Positions 1 through 9,829 of a stretch of 20,000 nucleotides of DNA are shown piece after piece (within the stretch, counting starts at the first letter, position 1; each line of letters starts with the position of its first letter). The DNA lies in the NCBI RefSeq assembly GCF_004010195.1, contig NC_057758.1, positions 7,395,426 to 7,415,425 on the forward strand, read 5' to 3'. The stretch comes from Chiloscyllium plagiosum. Lineage: Eukaryota. The position numbers were made by a program, and so were the translations under genes. The notes under the pieces were generated by a model. It saw only the letters and a program-made list of their open reading frames with translations, had not been told where the DNA came from and made no database searches.

Positions 1-1092
1 CCGACTCAACACGGTCATTTACTATAAACCGACCGACTCCCACAGCTACCTAGATTACACCTCCTCCCACCCAGCCCCCTGTAAAAACGCCATCCCATAT
101 TCAGAATTCCTTCGCCTCTGCCGCATCTGCTCCTAGGACGACCAATTCAAATACCGTACAACCCAGATGGCCTCCTTTCTCAAAGACCGCAATTTCCCCT
201 CAGAGGTGGTTGACGATGCTCTCCACCGCATCTCCTCCACTTCCCGCTGCTCCGCCCATGAACCCCGCCCCTCCAATTGCCACCAGGACAGAATCCCACT
301 GGTCCTCACCTACCACCCCACCAACCTCTAGATACATCGTATCATCCTTCGTCATGTCCGACACCTCCAAACAGACCCTACCACCAAGGATATATTTCCC
401 TCACCTCCCCTGTCAGTATTCTGGAAAGACCATTCCCTCCGTGACTCCCTCATCAGGTCCACACACCCCCAAACCAACGTCCACTCCCAGCACCTTCCCC
501 TGCAAACGCAAGAAATGCAAAACGTGCGCCAACACCTCCCCCTCACTTCCCTCCAAGGCCCCAAGGTATCCTTACATATCTGTCACAAATTTACATGCAC
601 CTCCACACACATCATTTACTGCATCCGCTGCACCCGATGTGGCCTCCTCTACATTGAGACAGGCCGCCTACTTGCGGAACGTTTCAGAGAAGACCTCTGG
701 GACACCCGCACCAACCAACACAACCGCACCGTGGCAGAACACTTTAACTCCCCGTCCCACTACGCGAAGGACATGCACGTCCTTGGCCTCCATCATCGCC
801 AGACCATAGCAACCCGACGCCTGGAGTAAGAGCGCCTCATCTTCTGCCTCGGATCCCTCCAACTGCAAGGGATGAATGCAGATTTCTCCAGCTTCCTCAT
901 TGCCTTAACCTCCTTCCACCTATCGCATTCCCAACACCCCTCCGCCAAGTCCCTCCTCCCACCTTTTATCTTAGCCTGCTTGGCACACCCTCCTCATTCA
1001 TGAAGAAGAGCTTATGCCCGAAACGTCGATTCTCATGCTCCTTTGATGCTGCCTGACCTGCTGCGCTTTTCCAGCAACACATTTTTCAGCTC
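1..1092 (+). mobile_element. Penelope-like retroelement, 3' part (RT thumb, Cys linker, GIY-YIG endonuclease, 3' end); decayed
   Basis: Frame +2 from base 2 reads RLNTVIYYKPTDSHSYLDYTSSHPAPCKNAIPYSEFLRLCRICS* (PLE RT C-terminus). Linker FPCKRKKCKTC. ORF 515-829 has IIYCIRCTRCGLLYIETGR...RFRE...VAEHFNSPSH (GIY-YIG; the G of YIG is deleted), then RLE*ERLIFCLGSLQ. Typical tail gaaacgtcgattct...gatgctgcctgacctgctgcgcttttccagcaacacattttt. In-frame stops and frameshifts. Confidence 0.9.
995..1032 (+). ncRNA. Degenerate minimal type I hammerhead ribozyme motif at the PLE 3' end
   Basis: attc-aTGAAGA-agagcttatgccc-GAAA-cgtc-gatt resembles the CUGANGA / stem II / GAAA / GUC core. The first core base is C>A and stem II has a mismatch. 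Confidence 0.55.
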
Positions 1093-1139
1093 ATGTCAGC
1101 GAGGCACAGATCCATGCGATCATGAACATGTCAATTTAC

Positions 1140-2012
1140 TCCTAACGTTGGTCCTTGAGAATCTTTTCCAATAATTTCACTAACACTGATGTGCGATTTA
1201 CAGGTCTGTCATTTCCAGGATTACCCCTACTGCCCTTCTTCAATGATGGGACTAGATTGGCTATTCTCCAAATCTCTGGGACATCACCTGTAACCAAAGA
1301 GTACACAAAAATATCTGTCAATGCTCTGACTTGTTCTCTTGCCTTCATCAATATTTTGGTATAGAATCATTTTTAATATGCATGACAACTCATCCTTTTT
1401 AATAGTAACTTGTCTTTGAAACTTGACGCTCCCTTCCCTGAGATTATCCTCCACCAATTCCTTCTCATTGCTGAATATTGAGACAAAGTATTCGTGTCCG
1501 ATCTCACCAAACTCTTTCGGTTACACCCATGTATTGTCTCCATAGTCTTTGAGTTAGCCAACTCTTTCCCTGGTTACATTCTTGCTTTTTTTTACATGGA
1601 TAAAAAGCCTTTGAATTCTCCTTCATTCTATTTGCTAACAACGTTTCATGACCCCTTTTAGTCTTTCTAATTCATTGTTTACGTTCTTTCCCACTTCCCT
1701 TACACACTTCATTGTCTTCATCAGTTCCCATCCTCCTCGACCTTCCAAAGACTTCCTTTCTCTTCCTGACTAAGGTCTCAACATCTCTGGTCATCCGAGG
1801 TTCATATAAATTGCCATACACCTCCATCATTCTCCCAGGTATGTGCTACACAAGAAATTTTGTCAACTGCTGTTTGATAAAATCCCAAATGTCCTAAGTC
1901 GATTTAGCCTCAAATACTTGCTTGCAAAATTTGACACTTCCTGCCTAATATTGTTGCAGTTTGCCTTCTCCCAAATTAAGAGGACAGCTGTTATCACTAT
2001 CCGTGAATATCT
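1140..2012 (-). mobile_element. CR1-type LINE ORF2 fragment (end of APE domain to RT N-terminus); old
   Basis: Minus ORF ALTDIFVYSLVTGDVPEIWRIANLVPSLKKGSRGNPGNDRPVNRTSVLVKLLEKILKD matches the CR1 motif VPEDWRxANVVPLFKKG..PGNYRPVSLTSVVGKLLE. WEKANCNNIRQE lies near 1950. Confidence 0.85.
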
Positions 2013-3332
2013 TTGAGTCAGAGAGTAATGGAGATGTACAGCATGGAAACAGATACTTGGGTCCAACCCGTACATGCTGACCAGATATCCAAACCCAATT
2101 TAGTCCCGCCTGCCGGCACCCGTCCCATATCCCTCAAAACCCTTCTTATTCACATACCAATCCAAATGCCTCTTAAATGTTGCAATTGTACCAGTCTCCA
2201 CCACTTCCTCTGGCAGCTCATTCCATACACGTCCCAACCTCTGTGTGAAACGTTTTCCCCTTAGGTCTTTTTTATATCTTTCCTCTCTCACCCTAAACCT
2301 GTGCCCTCGAATTCTGGACGCGATGAACCCAGGGAAAAGACTTTCCCTATTTAATCTATCCATGCCCCTCATAATTTAGTAAACCTCTATGAGGTCACCC
2401 CTCAGTCTCCGACGCTCCAGGGAAAGCAGCACCAGCCTATTCAGCCTCTCCCTATAGCTCAAATCCTCCTACCCTGGCAACATCGTTGTGAATCTTTTTC
2501 TGAACCCTTTCAAGTTTCGCAACATATTTGTGATAAGAAGGAGACGTGAATTGCGCGCAATATTCCAACAGTGGCCTAACCAATATTCTTTATAGCCGCA
2601 ACATGACCTCCCAACTCCTGTACTCAATACTCTGACCAATAAAGGAAAGCATTCAAAACGTCTTAATTCACTATCCTATCTACCTGCGACTCCACTTTCA
2701 AGGACCTGCGCTCCAAGGTCTCTTTGTTCAAAAACACTCCCACGGACCTTACCATTAACTGTAAAATTCTTTTAAGATTTCCTTTCCCAAAATGCAGCAC
2801 CTCGCATTTATCTGAATTATGCTCCATCTGCCACTTCTCAGCTCATTGGCCCATCTGGTCCAGATCCTGTTGTAATCTGAGGTAACCCTCTTCGCTGTCC
2901 ACTACACCTCCAATTTTGGTGTCACCTGCAAACTTACTAACTGTACCTCTTATGCTCGCATCCAAATCATTTATGTAAATGACAAAAAGTAGAGGACCCA
3001 GCACCGATCCTTGTGGCACTCCACTGGTCATCGCCCTCCAATCTGAAAAACAATCCGCCACCACCACCCTCTATCTTCTACTTTTCAGCCAGTTCTGTAA
3101 CCAAATGGCTAGTTCTCCCTGTATTCCGTGAGATCTAACCTTGCTGATCAGTCTTCCATGGGGAACCGTGTCGAACGCCTTACTGAAGACCATCCAGATC
3201 ACATCTACTGCTCTGCCTTCATCAATCGTCTTTGTTATTTCTTCAAAAAGACTCAATCAAGTTTGTGAAACAAACTTACCCATGCACAATGCATTATTGA
3301 TTATCCCTAATCAGTCCTTGCCTATCTAAACA
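2013..3332 (-). mobile_element. CR1-type LINE, 5'-truncated, RT domain through 3' UTR and short-repeat tail
   Basis: Minus frames give FEEITKTIDEGRAVDVIWMVFSKAFDTVPHGRL, SGVPQGSVLGPLLFVIYINDLD...SKFAGDTKIGG and RGHRFRVR...FTQRLGRVWNELPEEVVE. A gactct(at)-like tail remnant lies at ~2013-2033. Confidence 0.93.
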
Positions 3333-3335
3333 CTA

Positions 3336-3417
3336 AGACAACGGCGAGATTCAAACCCACGTGTGCAGAGTACAATAGATAAGCAGTCCATCGCCTTAAC
3401 CACTCGGCCACCTTGGC
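3336..3417 (-). tRNA. tRNA-Ser(GCT) pseudogene
   Basis: Reverse complement GCCAAGGTGGCCGAGTGGTTAAGGCGATGGACTGCTTATCTATTGTACTCTGCACACGTGGGTTTGAATCTCGCCGTTGTC is colinear with vertebrate tRNA-Ser-GCT (A box, GCT anticodon, long variable arm). TTCGAA has become TTTGAA and the stems carry mismatches. Confidence 0.85.
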
Positions 3418-3431
3418 CTACCGAAACGGGC

Positions 3432-3780
3432 TCAGTATTATCGCCACTTCTCCCAAAATTCTCCCACAGTGAAACTTCACTTACCTGGCCTGATTAAATT
3501 CCGAAACTCAGGTCCCTTCCTTGGTTGGACAGTTTATCTATTGTGTCAAGAATCCCTCCTGAACGAATCTTACAAATTCTGCCCATCCAAGTTCCTCGCG
3601 CGTTGGGGAAGTTAAAACCACCCACCACAACAACACTGCTTTTACATCTTTCCAGGATCTGTCTGCATGTTCTCTCCTCTCTTGTCTGCTGCTCATTGGG
3701 AGGCCTGTAGTATACACCCAACATTGTGATTTCACATTTTCTATTCCTGAGTCTTAAGAAATTAATCTTGCACTGACCTT
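3432..3780 (-). mobile_element. CR1-type LINE APE endonuclease fragment
   Basis: LGVYYRPPN...CRQILERCKSSVVVVGGFNFP, AEFVRFVQEGFLTQ and GQVSEVSLWENFG are decayed CR1 APE motifs. Confidence 0.85.
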
Positions 3781-3870
3781 GCTTCTTTGAATCTGCTCTT
3801 GAGTGTTTATATTACACCTGGAATTATTTCTTCACCGGGAACTAGATCCTTCTCCTCCACCCATTTTATA

Positions 3871-5575
3871 ATGCCCTACAGAGACATGCCATTTCTCCAT
3901 CTAAAGCCGAGTACTGATTTTACCAATTTCACCCGGTGTGGAATAGTTCTTGTCCCATGCAGGGAAGTGTAGGCTTCAGGCTCCATTTCCAGCCAAGCAA
4001 TGAATTTAACAATTTCACCCAATGTGGGACTTCTGAAGACGCAGATAGGGAGATTTAGATGCAATCCCGATCACAGGCTCGTGTTTGTTGATGCTTCATG
4101 GAGTCTGGAATTGAGAACCCCCACATGCATGAACGTCCGCAGCAGGAAAGTACCAGGTTCCATCTTGGCCTAGTACTGCCGAGAATACCAATCTCATTCC
4201 TAACCTGAGAGATCAGAAACCCAGTAATCGTTGGAAATTGACATACTGGTCTTTTGTTTTGAAGCAAGCCAGGTGACTCAGACCAGTATGCCTCATCTGC
4301 CAGTTTTCCTGACTTTTCCTTCCGGGACAGACCAAGACCAACAATGTAGGGAAACATAAACCTAGGCATCACCGTGGGGAGTTGAGCTTACAGAATGATG
4401 TGAAACGAAGGACCACCACACTCACAGCTAGATACATGTACACACAGAGCAGCAGTGTCCCAGGCTCCCTTCTCGGGCCCTTTCGGAAACTGAGCTCACA
4501 CATGATGATGTGGGATGAATTGAGACCCACAGAGATGGGACGTTTAGGTCTAAGATTCAGATCCTGGGCCTAGTATTTACAGTTGATCTAGGGTTAGCTG
4601 AACCACACAAATCAGCGATAGAGAGCGCAGACTGAATATGGGCCTAACCATGACTGGGTCAACTTCACCCCTGGTGTCGGTTGGATGGAATAACCTTCCG
4701 CACCGCCCACACCATCACACATGGAGCAGGCACATAAAGGCTCAAGTTGAGGCCTGGGCCGAGTCAGCCAATGTCATTCGTGCTGCTGCATAAACTGAGC
4801 CACATCCCATTCGCACCCTGGCTATGATGTGTTAGGCATTTAGCCATTATCTCCACAATGCAGTGAAATATAGGCTCAAGATGCATCACGGGCCTATAGC
4901 TGGGAGAGCCAATTAGCCAGTTTCACTACTAGTAGTGGATTTAATGCAGTGGAATATAGGACTAGGCTGTCTAACAGTCCTAGGACTCAGTGAGACAATC
5001 AGAGTGCAGGACCGATCTTGCCACTCAGTCCAAGGAAATCTTAGTTCTGCCTCTATTTAATTTTGCTTCCCCAATTGGCTGTGCTTTTGGCTGAGGCCGC
5101 GATGATGCCCAATTGGTATCATTGGCCACTACTGCGCCACAGTTGAGTGCAGCCTCACCAGCTCAAGACCCCCAGTTTCCATGATTACCCTCCACGGCTC
5201 CTGGATGTTCACCTCCAGGCACTCGCTCGCTCACTCCTGGTAATAACATGGAGGATTGGGAGTCCATCAGCCATCCGTGTCAGCACAGTGCCTCATGCAC
5301 CATATCGTGGGTGAGCCGCAGTAGCTGAATGAGATCCAGCACCACCTCCACCAGCAGCTGCAGCTCACAATCACCGTCCACTACTGGCTGGATGCCAACA
5401 TCGAATCCGTCCTGACCTCGTAGGGCTTCAGCAAGGTGGAGGGCAATGAGCTGTCCCAAGGGGTCCTCTGGCCCATCCTCGGCATGATGCACCAGGTGGC
5501 CATGCCAGTGCCTACATCATCACACACTGGGTGGGCAGAGTTGTCGAGGATTTGAAGCCTGGGACCTAGCACTTA
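3871..5575 (+). pseudogene. Decayed coding-like sequence of unidentified family (possible endogenous viral or TE-derived relic)
   Basis: Protein-like readings interrupted mostly by TAG/TGA. Internal peptide repeat LHLKPSTDFTNFTRCG / LHFQPSNEFNNFTQCG. Strong third-position GC bias at 5277-5500 with an in-register antisense ORF. Confidence 0.4.
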
Positions 5576-5959
5576 CGGCCAGGAATTGGTTAATGTCAAG
5601 CATGGTTCAAAAGCATCAGGTCTAGTCATAATGAAAAAAAATAGAATTTGATCGAGGCCATTCTGACAAATCTTCCCTTCCCACACCCAGCACAGCAAGG
5701 GAGAGAGAATCACATCTGTTCCCTACCTGCAACTTTTCAACAAAAGCCCCAGACCCACAACACAAAAAATAACAGGGAAATTATGAAAAGCCTGGCCCTG
5801 GGTCGGGAACGAGGAGAAATAGGCTAATGGAGGGCGGGGTTTGGGAAAATGGGGGCGTGGGAGTAAGGTACTAGGTGTTGTGGTGGGGGCAGAGATAGAG
5901 TGCACGGTGCATGGCATTGTAGTTGGAGCAGGACTAAAGTTGCACTGGGTGTAGCATTG

Positions 5960-7020
5960 TAGTTGGAACAGGACTTTGGATGCGCTGGGCAGAGCAGAGA
6001 GTTTGGGAGAGGTGTGTGGGGAGCAGCGGGCTGTGCACAGTGTTTGGGGTGGAGTTTGGGATTGACTGGGCGTGTCACAGTGTTTGGATGGGGTTTGGAG
6101 TGTGCTGAATGGGGCACGGTGTTTGGGGGTTGTTTGGGTGTGCTGGGTGGGACCCAATGTTTCTATCAGATTTCGGTTGTGCTGTGGTACAGCACACTGC
6201 GACTGGGTTTGGGGTGTGCTGGCGGGGCACAGAATGCGGGAAGGGATTTGTGGTTTACTGGACGGGGTACAGTGTTTGGAATGGTGTTTGGGGTGCGCTG
6301 TGTGGGTCACAGTGTTTGGGATAGGGTTTGCGCTCTGCTGGGTAGAGAACAGTGTGTGGAATGCGGTTTGGGGTGCGCTGAGTGGGGCACAGTATGTGGG
6401 AAAGATTTTGGGGTCTGCTGAAAGGGGCATAGGGTTGGGACAGGGTTTGGGATGTGCTGGGCGGGGCATAGCATATGGCGGCTCAGCGTGGGGTGTGCTG
6501 GGCGGGGCACAGTGTCTGTTGGGTGTTTGCGGTGTGTGGGGCGGGACACAGTGTTTGAGGGTGGAGTTTGGAGTGTGCTGGATGGGGCACAGTGTTTGGG
6601 CGTGGGGTTTGGGATGAGCCGGGCGGGGAACAGTGTTTGTGGGCGGTGTTTGCGGTTTGCTGGGCGGGGCACAGTGTTTGGGCGTTGGAGTTTCTGGTGT
6701 GCTGGTTGGGGCACAGTGTTTGGGGGTGGTGTTTGCGGTGTCCTGGGTGGGGAACAGTATTTGGGGTGGAGGTTGGGGTGTGCTGGGCGGGGCACAGTTT
6801 GGGGTCGGGCCTTGCTATGTGCTGGACGGGACATCGTGTTTTGGGGTGGAGTTCGGGGTATGCAGGGCAGGGCACAGTGTTTGGGGTGGAGTGTGCGGTG
6901 TGCTGGGCTGGACACAGTGTTTGGGGTCGGGTTTGGTGTTGAAGATTGGGGTATNNNNNNNNNNNNNNNNNNNNNNNNNNNNNNNNNNNNNNGGGTACAG
7001 TAGTGAGGGCGGAGTTTGGG
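5960..7020. repeat. G/T-rich minisatellite, ~39-40 bp unit (approx. ggtgtgctgggcggggcacagtgtttggggtggagtttg), containing a gap
   Basis: cacagtgtttg recurs about every 39-40 bp (e.g. ~6036, 6076, 6115, 6268, 6308). Confidence 0.9.
6955..6992. other. Assembly gap (38 N)
   Basis: Run of N. Confidence 1.
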
Positions 7021-7040
7021 GAGTTGGTTCTGTCCAATGG

Positions 7041-7592
7041 AAAACTGAAAACAGCAAAGTATTGGAGACCACAGCGAGTCAAGGGCTGTATCCATGGAGA
7101 GGGAGGAAGCTCACGTTTTGAGTTTAGATGTTGACGTGTGGAGGGAGCAGCCTTTATGCAACATTGCTGGGGGGATGGTTGGACTGCTGGGGCTTAGAAA
7201 GGATGTTGATAATTCAGATTAAATGATCAGACTGTGTGAATGGTAGAATAACTGTGTGTCTATCTGCCAAACTGGCAAGAGTAGACCGTCCTACTGGTGT
7301 GGGCACGATGGGAGAATGGGCGATAGAGAAGGTAAAAAGGAAAGCTGAAAGGCAATGAAGGAATGAGTTCACAATTTGAAGGTGCTGAGCTCAACATTAG
7401 TCCAGAATTCTATGAATATGCCTAGTTTGAAATTGAGATGTTACTCCTCCAGTTTCCGCTTTGACCCACTGGAGTATGGTAGTGTGCTTAGGTGATACAG
7501 ATGGGCTTGTGAGTAGAATGCTGTGTTAAAATGACTGGCCTACGAGAAGGTCAGGGTTATGCTTGTACACGGACTGGAGGTATTGTGCTAAT
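7041..7592 (-). mobile_element. Second, older Penelope-like fragment (GIY-YIG C-terminus and 3' end)
   Basis: Minus strand reads, across frameshifts, AQYLQSVYKHNPDLLV..HFN...KRKLEE*HLNFKLG...NVELSTF (cf. AEHL...HFNS...RRLEEQHLIFRLG). Tail aaactcaaaacgtgagcttcctccctctccatggat...ctcgctgtggtctccaatactttgctgttttcag resembles the PLE 3' end. Confidence 0.7.
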
Positions 7593-7927
7593 GGAGTGAA
7601 AAGTTAATGTTGAGCAGGGCTTGAGCCAGCAAGTGGAGTTTGAGAAAGAGGTGGGTTTATGAGATGGCGGATTGCGGGAGCCCTGAGCATCGCCTCTCAG
7701 CCTCAGCGAGCTGGGCCATCTGCAGAGGAAGATTCCGTCCCCTGGAGAAGCCAGAGTTGGCAACAGGAACAGAACGTCAAGTTGTGAAGGAGGCAAGAGA
7801 TGGGGAACAAGTCCCAGAGGCAGAATATCCGCCAGCTCCACGACCCCCACCCCATCCCACACAAATGCCAGGGATGAACGATTGAAATCAAGGGATGGTC
7901 AAGGAGGCCAGAAACATAGGAATACAG

Positions 7928-8212
7928 AGATTAGATTCCCTAAAGTGTGGAAACAGATAATTCAGGGCAACAAGTCCACACCAATCCTCCGAAGAGTAAC
8001 CCACCCAGACCCACTTCCCCTCTGACTAATGCACCTGGCAATTTAATATGACCAATTCACCTGACCTGCACATCTTTGTGACTGTGGGAGGAAACCTGCA
8101 TAGACACGGGGAGAATGTGCAAACTCCCTATAGACTGTCACCCGAGGCTGGAATCAAACCTGGGACCCTGGTGCAGTGAAGCAGCATTGCTAACCACTAA
8201 GCCGCCCCAGGC
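7928..8212 (-). mobile_element. HE1-like tRNA-derived SINE (shark), near full length with internal deletions
   Basis: Minus head ggcggcttagtggttagcaatgctgcttcactgcaccagggtcccaggtttgattccagcctcgggtgacagtc (A and B boxes), body gagtttgcacattctccccgtgtct, CR1-like tail gtttccacactttagggaatctaatct. Confidence 0.88.
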
Positions 8213-8273
8213 AACGATCAGCGCAGACACGGCACTGTAGTTATTACATCCTTGCCAACACCAGCACGACACT

Positions 8274-8348
8274 TGGTAATTGCGTGGGATTGAACCCACG
8301 ACCTTGGTGTTATTAACACCACGCTCTAGCCATCTGAGCTGACCGATC
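8274..8348 (-). tRNA. tRNA-Ile(AAT) pseudogene
   Basis: Reverse complement GATCGGTCAGCTCAGATGGCTAGAGCGTGGTGTTAATAACACCAAGGTCGTGGGTTCAATCCCACGCAATTACCA. The anticodon stem TGGTG/CACCA is perfect around AAT; the acceptor stem is broken. Confidence 0.82.
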
Positions 8349-8406
8349 AATGCAATCCAACAATCACCGACCAACGATCTCGGTATGTCCTCAGAGGAAG
8401 CGAGAT

Positions 8407-9164
8407 GGAGATGGGTGTAGGGACATGATTTTCTTACAGACATGAGGGGAATTGGGGGCTGGATGAGGAGAAAGAAATAGTGGTGTGGCTTAGGTTTAGG
8501 AGATTACACAGAGAAAGCGGTGTAAGGTCTGGAGGAGTTTGCAGACACGGGACACAGATTGAAGTCAATTGTTAAGAGACTCAGTGGAGGCCAGCGGCGA
8601 ATTGAAATTGACCCTTGCCTCCATCCCCAAACATCCACTGAGCACGAAAAGCCCAGGCTTCATTTCCGGCCTGATATTGTGTGTGGGATCTTGTGAGTAA
8701 ATAATGCTAGATGCAGTCGAACAACTGTTGCTACCATGTGACAGCACGCCGAATGAGGAAGGGGGTAAACTAACCAAATATTCACGGAGATGGGTGTAGG
8801 GACATGATTTTCTTACAGACATGAGGGGAATTGGGGGCTGTAGGAGGAGAAAGAGATAGTGGTGTGGCTTAGGTTTAGGAGATTACACAGAGAAAGCGGT
8901 GTAAGGTCTGGAGGAGTTTGCAGACACGGGACACAGATTGAAGTCAATTGTTAAGAGACTCAGTGGAGGCCAGCGGCGAATTGAAATTGACCCTTGCCTC
9001 CATCCCCAAACATCCACTGAGCACGAAAAGCCCAGGCTTCATTCCGGGCCTGATATTGTGTGTGGGATCTTGTGAGTAAATAATGCTGGATGCAGTCGAA
9101 CAACTGTTGCTACCATGTGACAGCACGCCGAATGAGGAAGGGGTTAAACTAACCAAATATTCAC
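8407..9164. repeat. Head-to-tail tandem duplication, 2 x 379 bp (8407-8785, 8786-9164)
   Basis: Both copies run ggagatgggtgtagggacatg...aactaaccaaatattcac, with about 7 substitutions by eye. Confidence 0.95.
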
Positions 9165-9520
9165 CAGTTTAATTTTCACATGCTGGTCCATCATCATATA
9201 CATTGGTACTCATTGTCACTGCCTTTAACATCTGTGAAGTAGAGTTCTGGTTGTTAATATTTATTGGACTGACAATGAAGTCTTTAATTTGTTAATATTG
9301 AGGGTGATATTTATTGATTGGCATGAGCAACATTCCTGAGGAGTTATGTAGTCCCCAGGCCTTGTGGTTGGAAATGGTTGGGGAGGGGTTGGTGGTGGGT
9401 GTGATGGACAGCCATTTTGTTCATAACTTGTACTTCACCCTTTCACTCCCTCTCCACCACACACAACTACACCACCCCAACCCAAATATAATGCCCAACC
9501 CACCCTACACGTTGACATTC

Positions 9521-9690
9521 GTGTGTGTGTGTGTGTATGTGTGTCTGTGTCTGTCTGTCCGTCCGTCTGTCTATCTCTTTGTGTGTAATTGCTTTCAACG
9601 AGTGTTCGTGTGCGTTTGTTTTCAGTATGTGTGAATGTGTCTGTGCTTGGGTCTGTGGAGTTTGTATCCTCATATGTGTGTGTGTACCTG
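9521..9690. repeat. Degenerate (GT)n/(GTCT)n microsatellite
   Basis: gtgtgtgtgtgtgtgtatgtgtgtctgtgtctgtctgtcc and following GT-rich sequence. Confidence 0.85.
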
Positions 9691-9829
9691 TAGCCAGGCA
9701 GAGGAAGAAAGAAGCATGTGCTGTTTCACTGAGGGACTGACTCAACACCCTCCCGGAATGTTAATTTCAGGAATGATCCTAATGCGAGTCTGGGGTATTC
9801 CGTCCAACTGTAGACTCAGCCATCATTTG

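Noticed and set aside
210..809. 199-aa Pro/Ser/Thr-rich ORF
   Set aside because: Mostly an off-frame reading of the frameshifted Penelope element.
5723..7134. Long overlapping Pro/Gly/Cys-rich ORFs
   Set aside because: Translations of the stop-poor G/T-rich minisatellite; some run through the N gap.
7600..7910. Purine-rich stretch with 81-101 aa ORFs
   Set aside because: No recognisable motif or codon bias; left unannotated.
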